A stretch of 64,000 bases of DNA, from the NCBI GenBank assembly GCA_963783385.1, contig CAWANJ010000003.1, forward strand, positions 288,001-352,000. Direction: 5' to 3'. The notes under the pieces are model-generated. The model had not been told where the DNA came from. It was given only the letters and a program-made list of their open reading frames with translations, and searched no databases. Below are positions 21,685 to 35,721 of this stretch, piece after piece. The stretch is from an uncultured Gemmatimonadales bacterium. Its GTDB lineage: Bacteria; Gemmatimonadota; Gemmatimonadetes; Palauibacterales; Palauibacteraceae. How positions within the stretch are numbered: position 1 is the stretch's first letter; each line of letters opens with the position of its first letter. Made by a program: the position numbers and the translations under genes.

Positions 21685-23430
21685 ATGAGGACTCTCTCGA
21701 GGATGGCGTTGGCGACGGCACTCCTTGTCGGGATCGGCGCCTGCGGTGGCGGGAGCGGTTCCGCGGGGAGCGGCGGCTGGGCCAGGGAGGACCTCACGCC
21801 TCGCCAGGGCTACGTGCACGTGCCCGGGGGGCGGATCTGGTACCGGATCGTCGGGACCGGCAAGGGCACGCCCCTGCTCACCCTGCACGGCGGCCCCGGC
21901 GTTCCCCATTACTACCTGAAGCCGCTGGCGGGGGTGGGCGCGGACCGGCCCGTCATCTTCTTCGACCAGCTCGGCGCCGGCCGCTCGGACCGCGTCACCG
22001 ACCCGGGCCTGTTCACGATCCCGAAGTACGTGGAGCGCCTGGACAGCCTCCGGCATCGGCTCGGCCTGCGGGAGGTGCACCTGTACGGGCAGTCGTGGGG
22101 GACGATCCTCGGGACGGAGTACGTGCTGGCCCACCCGGAGGGCGTGCGCAGCCTCATCCTGTCGAGCCCCGCCCTGGACATCCCGAGGTGGGGCGCGGAC
22201 GCGAACGAGCTGGTCGCCACGCTCCCCGACTCGCTGCAGGAGGCCATCCGCCGGGGGGACAGCACGGGAGACTTCCAGTCCCCGGCCTACCAGGCCGCCA
22301 CCCAGGCCTACTACCAGCGCTATCTGGCCAGGAAGCAGCCGTGGTCGGCCGACATCGACAGCGCCTTTGCCGGGATGGACACCGTGCAGTACTACGCCCT
22401 CAACGGGCACAGCGAGTTCACCATGGACGGCGGCCTGAAGGACTACGACATCACCGACAGCCTGCCCTCCCTGCACCTGCCCGTGCTCTACATCGCGGGG
22501 CAGTACGACGAGGCCCGGCCGCCGACGGTGCGCTCCTTCGCCGCCCGGACGCCCGATGCGATCCTGTCGATCACTCCGAACGCCGGCCACCTCACCATGC
22601 AGGACGACTCGGCCCACGACGTCGAGACGATCCGAAGCTTCCTGCGGCGAGTGGACGCGGGGGGGATGGCGGCGGGCGGAGCGTCGACCGCTTCGGCCGG
22701 AGGGACCGGGCCGGGCTCCGTGGCCGCGGCGCCGGCCGCCGCGACCCGGTGGACCATCCCCGACTCGGCGGCCTGCCGGGGCGTCACCTTCGCCTGGAGC
22801 GTGCCGCTGGAGCGGGCCCGGGCCCTGGTCGGCCCCGAACTGGAGCCGGCCGAGACCTCACCCGGCGAGAGCACGGTGAGCGTGTTCGGCACCACCTGTC
22901 CCGGCGGCGCGGTGGGCGGCGAGAGCACGGGACCCACCGGGCTCGCGGCCCTCATCGTTCCGGTGCGGGCGCCCTCCGACTCCCTGGGCCAGAGCGGCGT
23001 CGATTTCTGGGCCGCGATCCCGGAGGTCGTCGCCCCGGTCGGGAGCCCGGTGGCGGCGCTGTTCCGGAGGACCGGCTTCCACGTCACCGACGGCACGGTC
23101 CGGATCGAGTCCGGCGATCTCGCGGCCGGGGGGCGGGTGACCCTCGCGGTGACCACGGGCGAGGGCCGGCTTCGGGGCTCCGCGGCCGTTCCCCCGGCCG
23201 CCGCGGCCGTCTCCCGCTCCGTGCACTCGGGTCTCGTCGGGCCCGGCTCGGGTGCGGTGCCCCTGTTCCAGGGCATCGAGACTCCCCACCGACGGACCGC
23301 CACCTCGCCCGCGATGCGAGAGGAGGGGGCCGGGTGGCTCTCGCGCGTCGGGCTCGAGGGCCCGCCCGCCACCGCCTTCGTGGACACCGACTTCACCTGG
23401 GACTTCGGCTTCGCCCGGGTGAAGCGGTAG
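21685..23430 (+). CDS. Proline iminopeptidase-family (S33) hydrolase lipoprotein with an extra C-terminal domain
   Basis: GGAGGAG RBS, lipobox LVGIGA-C, LHGGPG oxyanion motif, FDQLGAGRS, nucleophile GQSWG, AGQYDE, AGH; about 230 extra C-terminal aa. Confidence 0.88.
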   Translation: MRTLSRMALATALLVGIGACGGGSGSAGSGGWAREDLTPRQGYVHVPGGRIWYRIVGTGKGTPLLTLHGGPGVPHYYLKPLAGVGADRPVIFFDQLGAGRSDRVTDPGLFTIPKYVERLDSLRHRLGLREVHLYGQSWGTILGTEYVLAHPEGVRSLILSSPALDIPRWGADANELVATLPDSLQEAIRRGDSTGDFQSPAYQAATQAYYQRYLARKQPWSADIDSAFAGMDTVQYYALNGHSEFTMDGGLKDYDITDSLPSLHLPVLYIAGQYDEARPPTVRSFAARTPDAILSITPNAGHLTMQDDSAHDVETIRSFLRRVDAGGMAAGGASTASAGGTGPGSVAAAPAAATRWTIPDSAACRGVTFAWSVPLERARALVGPELEPAETSPGESTVSVFGTTCPGGAVGGESTGPTGLAALIVPVRAPSDSLGQSGVDFWAAIPEVVAPVGSPVAALFRRTGFHVTDGTVRIESGDLAAGGRVTLAVTTGEGRLRGSAAVPPAAAAVSRSVHSGLVGPGSGAVPLFQGIETPHRRTATSPAMREEGAGWLSRVGLEGPPATAFVDTDFTWDFGFARVKR

Positions 23431-23725
23431 TTCGGACCGGTCGGCCGCCCCTCCCGGCCTTCGGCGCCGGCTCCGCAGGCGGGTGTAGCGCAGGCGCCAC
23501 GGTCGGGCGCGCGGCACGCCCGCGTGACGCGCGAGATCTCTGCCGCCCCCGGCCCGGCGCGGGACCGGGGACCGCGCCGCGGCGGGGCCTCCCCGGCACC
23601 TCCCGTGGGCGCCCGGCATGGCCTCCCTCCCCGGACGCAGCGGTGGCCGGGAACCTGCAAGGAGCGTGTCCCAGGTTGCGTGTCCCCGGATCCGGATAGA
23701 GACAGATCGCCTGCTGGAGGAATCG

Positions 23726-26165
<2,440 letters not shown>

Positions 26166-26182
<17 letters not shown>

Positions 26183-26330
26183 CGAGGCCGGTGAGGACCA
26201 GCGCGCCGGCCCACAGCCGGTCCAGGTCGAGCCACGCCGTACGCAGGAGGCGGAGTCCCACCCGGCGGTACACCACCAGGGCGACCACCGCGGTGACCAG
26301 GAGATAACCCGCCGTGTGGAACCCGGTCAC
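26166..26330 (-). pseudogene. Short hydrophobic ORF or 5'-truncated membrane-protein remnant
   Basis: Minus frame VTGFHTAGYLLVTAVVALVVYRRVGLRLLRTAWLDLDRLWAGALVLTGLVTPWL*, two TM-like segments, coding-like codon usage; too short for the ORF track. Confidence 0.55.
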
Positions 26331-26524
26331 GGCCAGCCCGGCCGGGGCCCCGCCGCCCCCGTGGGGAGCTCCCCGGCGCGACGAGGCGTGTGTTGCCCCA
26401 CGGGAAGATCCGGACTCTCCCTACAGCCGCACCGGCGGCGCCACCGCAGTGTGCAACCCATCGAAACAAGCGGGAATGCCCGGGCGCGGGGACCCAACGC
26501 CCGGCGGTCCGGTCGGAGGTCGCC

Positions 26525-26869
26525 ATGACGGAATACGGTTCGCGGTGGAACGGGCGGGAGCCCAGCTGGGACGTGATGCTGCGCGAGCGCCAGGTGACGC
26601 GTCGGCTCGAGCGCGAGCGCCGCGTGCCGCCCCTCACTCCGGCGGAGGCGAGGGCGGTTCGGGAGGCGATACGGGCCGTTCTTCGGGGACCGGGCGCCCC
26701 CTCGGCCTACGGGATCCTCAAGCGCTTCGATGGGGGCGATGGGGCCTTCGACAGCCGCCACCTGGACCTCCTCCGCGAGGTCGAGCGGCGGGTCAGCGAG
26801 CGCCGCGGCGGCCGCGCGGGCACCCGGGCCGCCGAGCGGGCCGCAGACCTGGAGCTCGTCGGAGTCTGA
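26525..26869 (+). CDS. Hypothetical protein (114 aa)
   Basis: GGAGGT RBS before ATG 26525, GC3-biased codons; no recognisable motif. Confidence 0.6.
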   Translation: MTEYGSRWNGREPSWDVMLRERQVTRRLERERRVPPLTPAEARAVREAIRAVLRGPGAPSAYGILKRFDGGDGAFDSRHLDLLREVERRVSERRGGRAGTRAAERAADLELVGV

Positions 26870-26913
26870 GCGATGGCGTGAAATCGGGGTCCGGGTCCCC
26901 TACCTTCGGGGGG

Positions 26914-27831
26914 ATGGCGATGCGCCGCACGGACCCCGAGACGATGGACCGACCGACGACCCTCCCCCTCCTGGCCGACCTGCTCCGCGACCGGAGCCTG
27001 GTGGTCCTCACCGGCGCCGGGATCAGCACCGAGTCCGGGATCCCCGACTACCGCGGCGCCGGCAAGGAAGAGCGCGTCCCCATGCCGATCCGCTACCAGG
27101 AGTTCGTGCGGAGCCGCGAGGCCCGGAGCCGCTACTGGGCCAGGAGCGCAGTGGGCTGGCCGCGCATGTCCAGCGCCCGCCCCAACCCGGGCCACCTCGC
27201 GCTGGCGAGACTCGAGCGGGCCGGCCTCGTCCGCGGAGTCATCACCCAGAACGTGGACGGGCTCCATCAGGCCGCCGGGAGCCGGCGGGTGGTCGAGCTC
27301 CACGGCACCCTGTCCCGCGTCCTGTGCCTGGAGTGCGGGGCGCCGGAGGCCCGCTCGGAGGTCCAGGACCGGCTCCGGGGGCTGAACCCGGGCCGGCTCC
27401 GACCCGACCGGGACGCCGAGCTCCGGCCGGACGGCGACGCGGATCTGCGGCCCGACGGCGACGCGGACCTGGGCGGGGTCGACCTCGGCGCCTTCTGTCT
27501 GCCCGGCTGCCGCTGCTGCGGGGGCGTCCTCAAGCCCGACGTGGTGTTCTTCGGCGAGAACGTGCCGCGCCCCACCGTGGAGCGGGCGTGGCGGCTGTTC
27601 GGGGAGTGCGAGGTTCTCCTGGTGGCCGGCTCCTCTCTGACCGTCTACTCCGGCTACCGGTTCGTGCGCCGCGCCGCCGAGGAGGGGAAGCCCATGGCCA
27701 TCGTCAACGTGGGTGACACCCGGGGCGACCCGCTGGCCGACGTCCGCGTGGACGGACGCACGGGAGAGGTGCTGCCGCGCCTGGCCGAGGCGCTCCTGGG
27801 CGCCGCCGGGGGCGACGGCCGGACCGCCTGA
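26914..27831 (+). CDS. cobB: NAD-dependent protein deacylase, sirtuin class II (SIRT4-like); start uncertain (26914-26944)
   Basis: [32 protein letters not shown], CxxC...CxxC zinc ligands, [21 protein letters not shown]. Confidence 0.93.
   Translation: MAMRRTDPETMDRPTTLPLLADLLRDRSLVVLTGAGISTESGIPDYRGAGKEERVPMPIRYQEFVRSREARSRYWARSAVGWPRMSSARPNPGHLALARLERAGLVRGVITQNVDGLHQAAGSRRVVELHGTLSRVLCLECGAPEARSEVQDRLRGLNPGRLRPDRDAELRPDGDADLRPDGDADLGGVDLGAFCLPGCRCCGGVLKPDVVFFGENVPRPTVERAWRLFGECEVLLVAGSSLTVYSGYRFVRRAAEEGKPMAIVNVGDTRGDPLADVRVDGRTGEVLPRLAEALLGAAGGDGRTA
27397..27468 (+). repeat. Three tandem 24-bp in-frame repeats ([24 protein letters not shown]) inside the sirtuin
   Basis: ctccgacccgaccgggacgccgag / ctccggccggacggcgacgcggat / ctgcggcccgacggcgacgcggac. 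Confidence 0.85.
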
Positions 27832-27864
27832 GCACCGGGCGGCCCCGGCGCGGCACCCGATGCA

Positions 27865-27892
27865 CGAAGGCCCCGCCGCGGCGGGGCCTTCG
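27865..27892. terminator. Hairpin between convergent genes, likely bidirectional terminator
   Basis: Perfect inverted repeat CGAAGGCCCCGCC..GGCGGGGCCTTCG. Confidence 0.7.
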
Positions 27893-27946
27893 CGTGTCCG
27901 GTGGTCCCGGCGCCGCGCCCGCGCCGGTCCTTCGCCGCGCCCTGTC

Positions 27947-29488
27947 TCAGACCGCGGGCGGCTCCCCGGCGGCCGCCTCCCGCCTCTGCCGCAGCTGGCT
28001 GTTCCGGATCCCGTACGTGAAGTAGAAGATCATCCCGAGCACGAACCAGATGAGCAGCCGCAGCCACGTCACCATCGGCAGGGACGCCATCAGGTAGAAG
28101 GCCGAGATGGCGCCCATCGGCGCCACGAACCACACCCACGGCGTCCTGAAGGGACGGGGAAGCTCCGGCTCCCTCACCCGCAGCACCATGATCCCGATCG
28201 ACACGATCACGAAGGCCAGCAGGGTGCCGATCGACACCAGGCTGGCCGCGTCGCGCACGGGCAGGATGGCCGCGAAGAAGGCCACGATCGTGCCGGTCAC
28301 GATCGAGGTGATCCACGGGGTCCGGAACTTGGGGTGGATCTTGTTCACGAACTGTGGCAGGAGCCCGTCGCGCGACATGGTCCAGAAGATCCGCGACTGC
28401 CCCATGAGCATGACCAGGATCACCGAGGAGAGACCCGCGATGGCCCCCAGCTTGATGATGCCCGACATCCAGCCCAGCCCGGCGTGGTCGGCGGCCAGCG
28501 CGATCGGGTCCGGCACGTCGAGCTGCTTGTAGGGGACCACGCCCGTCGCCACCAGGGAGACCACGATGTAGAGGGCCGTGCAGATGAGGAGCGACCCGAT
28601 GATGGCCTTGGGCATGTCCTTCTGCGGGTTCTTCGCCTCCTGCGCCGCCGTGGTGATCGCGTCGAAGCCAATGTAGGCGAAGAACACGATCCCGGCGCCC
28701 GCCATGACCCCGGTCCACCCGAACGCCTCGCGCGTGCCGGCGTTGGGTGGGATGAAGGGGTGCCAGTTGGCCGGGTTGATGGCCGCCGCGGCTCCGCCGA
28801 TGAACAGCAGCACCACCGCGACCTTGATGAACACGATGATGTTGTTGGCGGTGGCCGACTCGCGGATCCCGAGCACGAGCAAGCTGGTGACGCAGAAGAT
28901 GATGAACACGGCCGGAAGGTTGAAGATGGCCGTGGCGTGCGGCAGCGTGGCCACGTTCACGCCGCCCTGCGTGAGGCTGTGCGTGAGGTCCGCGCTCATC
29001 ACCTGCCACCCGTGCCCGGGGACCTCGATGAGGTGCGTGCCCCGCGCGGCCTGCACCTCGGGCGGGATGTAGATCCCGATCCCGTCCAGGAAGGAGACCA
29101 CGTAGCCCGACCAGCCGATGGCCACGGTCACGGCGCCGAGCGCGTACTCGAGGATGAGGTCCCATCCGATGATCCAGGCGATGAGCTCGCCCAGGGTGGC
29201 GTAGCCGTAGGTGTAGGCGCTCCCCGCCATGGGGACGAGGGAGGCGAACTCGGAGTAGCACAGGGCCGCGAAGACCGAGGCCACGCCCGCCAGGATGAAG
29301 GAGAGGACGACGGCCGGGCCGGCGTTCTGGGCCGCCACGGTGCCGGTCAGGACGAAGATGCCGGTGCCGATGATGGCGCCCACTCCGAGCAGGGTCAGGT
29401 TGAGCGCGCCCAGGGCCCTCCGGAGCGTCTTGTCGGTGAGCGCCTCTTCCTGGAGCTCCGTGACCGTCTTTCGACGAAACAGGTTCAC
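27947..29488 (-). CDS. Amino acid permease, APC/CAT family
   Basis: GTG 29488 with GGAGG RBS; GAIIGTGIFVLTG, LCYSEFAS..P.AGSAYTY, FFAYIGFD, SRDGLLP. Confidence 0.94.
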   Translation of the reverse strand: MNLFRRKTVTELQEEALTDKTLRRALGALNLTLLGVGAIIGTGIFVLTGTVAAQNAGPAVVLSFILAGVASVFAALCYSEFASLVPMAGSAYTYGYATLGELIAWIIGWDLILEYALGAVTVAIGWSGYVVSFLDGIGIYIPPEVQAARGTHLIEVPGHGWQVMSADLTHSLTQGGVNVATLPHATAIFNLPAVFIIFCVTSLLVLGIRESATANNIIVFIKVAVVLLFIGGAAAAINPANWHPFIPPNAGTREAFGWTGVMAGAGIVFFAYIGFDAITTAAQEAKNPQKDMPKAIIGSLLICTALYIVVSLVATGVVPYKQLDVPDPIALAADHAGLGWMSGIIKLGAIAGLSSVILVMLMGQSRIFWTMSRDGLLPQFVNKIHPKFRTPWITSIVTGTIVAFFAAILPVRDAASLVSIGTLLAFVIVSIGIMVLRVREPELPRPFRTPWVWFVAPMGAISAFYLMASLPMVTWLRLLIWFVLGMIFYFTYGIRNSQLRQRREAAAGEPPAV

Positions 29489-29669
29489 GTGCGCCTCCAC
29501 GGCCCGCCCCGGGCGAGCCCCTCGGGTGAGTCCCCATCGACGTGTCCCGGGAGCTCCCCGAGGGGGGACGGGCCACGTCGCGCCGAGCCCAAAGAAGGGA
29601 CAGGGCCGGGCCGCCGCGCACAAGAGGCCGCGGCGGCGTCCGGCCCCTCGCCTCCTCCCGGGGCGCTCC

Positions 29670-31979
<2,310 letters not shown>

Positions 31980-32184
31980 GGGTGCACGGGCCTCCGATCG
32001 AGGGTGGTGGTCGGGCTACGAAGGGAGGACAAGGTGGCGCGGAGGACCTCGCCCGGCAACGTGGGCGCGGAGCGCCACCGGAGGCCCCCCCGCCGCCGAG
32101 ATGGGGACGCGCGCGTGCTGGCGGGCGGGAGCCGGGCCGCGCAGGTTGGGGCGCCGGGAGGACTCGATCTCGCCCGAACACGCC

Positions 32185-33603
32185 ATGCCCCCTCGCCGGA
32201 GCGGCCCCGTGACCCATCCCTCCCCCGGTACGCCGTCCCCCTCGCCTTCCCACGTCCCCTCGGGCGATCGGCTGCCGAGGCGCCTGGGCGCCTGGAGCGC
32301 CGGGGCCGTCCTGGTGGGAACGACGATCGGGAGCGGCATCTTCCGCGTGCCGAGCACCGCGGCCGCCGAGGTCGGGACCGCCGGCGCCCTGGCCCTGGTG
32401 TGGATCGCCGGCGCGGTGGTCGTGGTGTGCGGAGCGCTCACCCTGTCGGAGCTGTCAGCCATGCTGCCCGAGTCGGGGGGGATGTACGTGTATCTGCGCG
32501 AGGGCTTCGGCCCGCTGCCGGCGTTCCTGTACGGCTGGGCGGATCTGGTGCTCACCAACCCCTCGGCCAACGGCGCCATCGCGGTCATCTTCGCCAGCTA
32601 CCTGGGAGCCTTCCTGCCCCTCTCGGACCTCGGAGTCCGGGCGGTGGCGGCCGCCGCGATCCTGGGGGTGTCGGTGGCGAACATCCGCTCGGTCCGCTGG
32701 GGCGCGCGACTCGAGAACGCGACCACGGCGGCCAAGATCCTGGGCCTGCTCGGACTGGCGGGGCTCCTGTTCGCCTTCGGCAGCCGGGCCGGGGGCGGCG
32801 CCCTGTCGGCCCCGCCGCGCTTCGCGCCCACGACGTGGGGCGGCTTCGGCGTGGCCCTGATCGCCGTCCTGTGGGCCTACGACGGCTGGGCGGACCTGGT
32901 CAAGATGGCGGGCGAGGTGCGGGACCCGGGGCGCACCTTGCCCCGCGCCCTCCTGGGGGGCGCCCTCACGGTGGTGGCGATCTACCTGCTCGTGAACGCC
33001 GCCTACCTGTACGTCCTGCCCATGGGCCGCATGGCCGCGTCGAAGCTGGTGGCCGCCGACGCGGCCACGGTCGTGTTCGGTCGGGGCGGCGCCTCGCTGG
33101 TCGCGGGCCTGGTGGCGCTGGCCACCTTCGGCTCGCTGAACGGCTCGACCATGACGGGACCCCGCGTGTTCTGGGCGATGGCCGAGGACGGACTCTTCTT
33201 CCGCCCGGTGGCGGCCGTGCATCCCCGGTGGCGGACCCCGTGGGTGGCGATCGCCGTGCTCGGCGCGCTGGCGATCGCGTTCGTGTCCTTCCGGACCTTC
33301 GAGCAGCTGGCCGACGCCTTTATCCTGGGGTTATGGCCCTTCTACACCCTGGCCGTGTCCAGCGTCTTCGTGCTGCGCCGTCGTCGTCCGGACGCCCCGC
33401 GACCCTTCAGGACGCCCGGCTATCCCTGGGTGCCCATGGTGTTCATCCTCGCCTCGCTGGGCCTGCTGGCCAACGCGGCGGTGCAGCGCCCGGCCTCCAC
33501 TCTCCTGAGCTTCGGCTTCATCCTGACGGGCGTGCCGGCCTACGCGGTGTGGCGGGCCAGGGGAGGGGGCGGCGGCCCCGGCTGGCGACCGCCGGCCCGG
33601 TGA
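32185..33603 (+). CDS. APC-family amino acid permease (paralog of 13583..14938); start uncertain
   Basis: TIGSGIFRVP, PESGGMYVYLREGFG, WAYDGW, PRVFWAMAEDG, RPFRTPGYP. Confidence 0.92.
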   Translation: MPPRRSGPVTHPSPGTPSPSPSHVPSGDRLPRRLGAWSAGAVLVGTTIGSGIFRVPSTAAAEVGTAGALALVWIAGAVVVVCGALTLSELSAMLPESGGMYVYLREGFGPLPAFLYGWADLVLTNPSANGAIAVIFASYLGAFLPLSDLGVRAVAAAAILGVSVANIRSVRWGARLENATTAAKILGLLGLAGLLFAFGSRAGGGALSAPPRFAPTTWGGFGVALIAVLWAYDGWADLVKMAGEVRDPGRTLPRALLGGALTVVAIYLLVNAAYLYVLPMGRMAASKLVAADAATVVFGRGGASLVAGLVALATFGSLNGSTMTGPRVFWAMAEDGLFFRPVAAVHPRWRTPWVAIAVLGALAIAFVSFRTFEQLADAFILGLWPFYTLAVSSVFVLRRRRPDAPRPFRTPGYPWVPMVFILASLGLLANAAVQRPASTLLSFGFILTGVPAYAVWRARGGGGGPGWRPPAR

Positions 33604-33675
33604 CACACCTTGAGGGGAGACCGCGCCGCTTCAGGCGACCCCGCTTCCCTCTTCCGACTTCCGACGGAGGCACGC

Positions 33676-34203
33676 ATGAGCACCATGGCCGGCCGCAGCA
33701 TGATCGAGCGCATGAAAGGCGCCGCCCTGCTGGACGTGCCCACGTTCGAGGAGGTCGAGCACGACACCACCGCGACCGGACAGGCGGCGGGCGTCGTCGG
33801 ACTGGTGGCGGTGGCCAGCGCGATCGGCGCGATCGGCCACGGCGGCCTGGCGATCGGGTTCGGCATCGTGTGGGCGTTCGTGGGATGGCTGATCTGGTCG
33901 GGCCTGTGCTACTTCATCGGGACCAACCTGTTCGAGGGCCAGGCGACCTGGGGCGAGGTGCTGCGCACGGTGGGATTCGCGCAGGCCCCGGGGGTGCTCA
34001 ACATCGTCGGGTTCATCCCGCTGCTGGGCGGGCTCGTGCGGCTGGCCGTGTTCTTCTGGCTCCTGGCCGCCGTGGTGGTCGCCCTGCGCCAGGCGCTGGA
34101 CATTTCCACGGGCAAGGCGGTCGTCACCGGGGTCATCGGATGGCTGGTCATGGTCGTCCCGATGATGCTGCTCGGCGCCATGGGAGCCTTCCTGGCCCAC
34201 TAG
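33676..34203 (+). CDS. Yip1-domain-like membrane protein
   Basis: GGAGG RBS; RMKGAALLD..TFEEVEHD..ATGQA, LRTVGFAQAPG, ALRQALD; about 5 TM helices. Confidence 0.75.
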   Translation: MSTMAGRSMIERMKGAALLDVPTFEEVEHDTTATGQAAGVVGLVAVASAIGAIGHGGLAIGFGIVWAFVGWLIWSGLCYFIGTNLFEGQATWGEVLRTVGFAQAPGVLNIVGFIPLLGGLVRLAVFFWLLAAVVVALRQALDISTGKAVVTGVIGWLVMVVPMMLLGAMGAFLAH

Positions 34204-34350
34204 CGCCGTGGTCCCCGCCCCGGCCGCCGGGCGCCCCCCCGCCGGCCGCGCGGTGGCCCGAGAGGGCTCGCGTGGGTAGCTTTGAGAACGGGCAGGGAAG
34301 CCCGCCCCGCCCCGGGGCGGCGCGCTGCCCCGGATAGGCAGGGAGACGCG

Positions 34351-34662
34351 ATGGAGACGCGCACCGCCTACTGCTCCGCGTGCGACCGCCCGGTGCCGGT
34401 CATCCTCGACCCGGCCGCCGAGGAGGGCGTGCGCTTCTCCCCCGAGGACGCGACCCGGGTCATCTGCCTGGACTACGGCGTCCGCTGCACCGGCGCCCTG
34501 TGCCCGCTCTTCTCCGTGCGGGATGTCCCGCCCCTCGGCCGCAGCGGCGTGTTCCCGCCGGACCCGGCGACGGACGGCTCCGGCCGCCATCCCGGGCCGC
34601 GGGCCGACCGGCCACGGCGCCCCCGCTCCCCCGACCCGGACCGCCCGCGGCCCACCGCCTGA
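34351..34662 (+). CDS. Small Cys-rich hypothetical protein (putative metal-binding)
   Basis: GGGAG RBS; METRTAYCSACDRPV...ICLDYGVRCTGALCPLF (5 Cys). Confidence 0.65.
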   Translation: METRTAYCSACDRPVPVILDPAAEEGVRFSPEDATRVICLDYGVRCTGALCPLFSVRDVPPLGRSGVFPPDPATDGSGRHPGPRADRPRRPRSPDPDRPRPTA

Positions 34663-34757
34663 GCCGCCGGCCCCGGCGCGGCCACCCCGCCGGGCCCGGG
34701 CGCCAACCTCTCCGGCCCCTTCCACTTCCGCGTCGCTTCCGAGTCCGGGGCGCGACC

Positions 34758-34791
34758 TTGACGCCCAAATATATTACAAGTAGGTTACGAA
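34758..34791 (+). promoter_or_regulatory. sigma70-type promoter of the paaX/benzoyl-CoA operon with overlapping direct repeat
   Basis: TTGACG-17 bp-TAGGTT in an AT-rich patch; TTACAA/TTACGA repeated at 11 bp spacing across the -10 box. Confidence 0.65.
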
Positions 34792-34812
34792 CGTGAGTGA
34801 AAGGAGATAGGT

Positions 34813-35682
34813 ATGGGTTCGTCGCGCAGCCCGCGAGAACGTGTCTTCACCCTGTTCGGGGATTACCTCCTCCACCGTCCGGGCGCCGTGTGGGTCGGGA
34901 GCCTCATCGCGCTCCTCGAGCCGCTCGGGCTGACGGAGGGCGCGGCACGCACGGCCCTGTCCCGCATGTCCTCCCGCGGCTGGCTCGTCTCGGAGCGGCG
35001 CGGCCGCAACGCCTTCTACACGCTCACCCGCAGGGGTCGGGAGCTGCTCGAGGAAGGCGAGGCGCGCATCTATCGTCCCACCTGGGACCGGCCGTGGGAC
35101 GGCGCCTGGTGCCTGGTCCACTACTCGATCCCGGAAGAGGATCGCTCCCTGCGCGACAGCCTTCGCCTGCGTCTCTCCTGGCTGGGCTGCGGGTCGCTCG
35201 GGAACGGCCTGTGGATCACCCCCCACGACATCGTCGACCGCGTGCGCGGCATCGCGGAGACCCTCGAGATCGAGGAGGGCCTGGAGGTGTTCCGCGCCGC
35301 TCGCGCCGCCATCGAGAGCCCCGAGGCCATCGTGGCACGCTGCTGGGACCTGACCTCGGTGCACCGCGACTACCTGGCCTTCATCGACCGCCAGCTGCCG
35401 CGCCTGCGCCGCGCGCAGGCCGAGCTCCGGGCGGGCGAGCTGTCCGGGGAACGGGCCTTCGTGCAGCGCTTCGACCTCGTGCACGAGTACCGGCAGTTCC
35501 CGTTCGAGGACCCCTACCTGCCCCGCCGGCTCCTGCCGGAGGACTGGGCCGGCGACTGCGCCGCCGGGCTGTTCCAGCGCCTCCACGACCTCCTCCAGGA
35601 GCCGGCGGAGTCCTTCGTGGACGGGGTCCTGGCGCGGGCCCAGGCCGAGACCGATTCGACCGTGAGCGTGAGCGTCACCTGA
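34813..35682 (+). CDS. paaX: PaaX-family transcriptional regulator
   Basis: VFTLFGDY, ARTALSRM..RGWL, YTLT..G, WDGAW.LV.YSIPE..R..R..LR..L.WLG, DPYLP..LLPEDW. Confidence 0.92.
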   Translation: MGSSRSPRERVFTLFGDYLLHRPGAVWVGSLIALLEPLGLTEGAARTALSRMSSRGWLVSERRGRNAFYTLTRRGRELLEEGEARIYRPTWDRPWDGAWCLVHYSIPEEDRSLRDSLRLRLSWLGCGSLGNGLWITPHDIVDRVRGIAETLEIEEGLEVFRAARAAIESPEAIVARCWDLTSVHRDYLAFIDRQLPRLRRAQAELRAGELSGERAFVQRFDLVHEYRQFPFEDPYLPRRLLPEDWAGDCAAGLFQRLHDLLQEPAESFVDGVLARAQAETDSTVSVSVT

Positions 35683-35721
35683 GGGACCACACAGCGACCT
35701 GAAGCGTTCGGAGGCAGCCCC

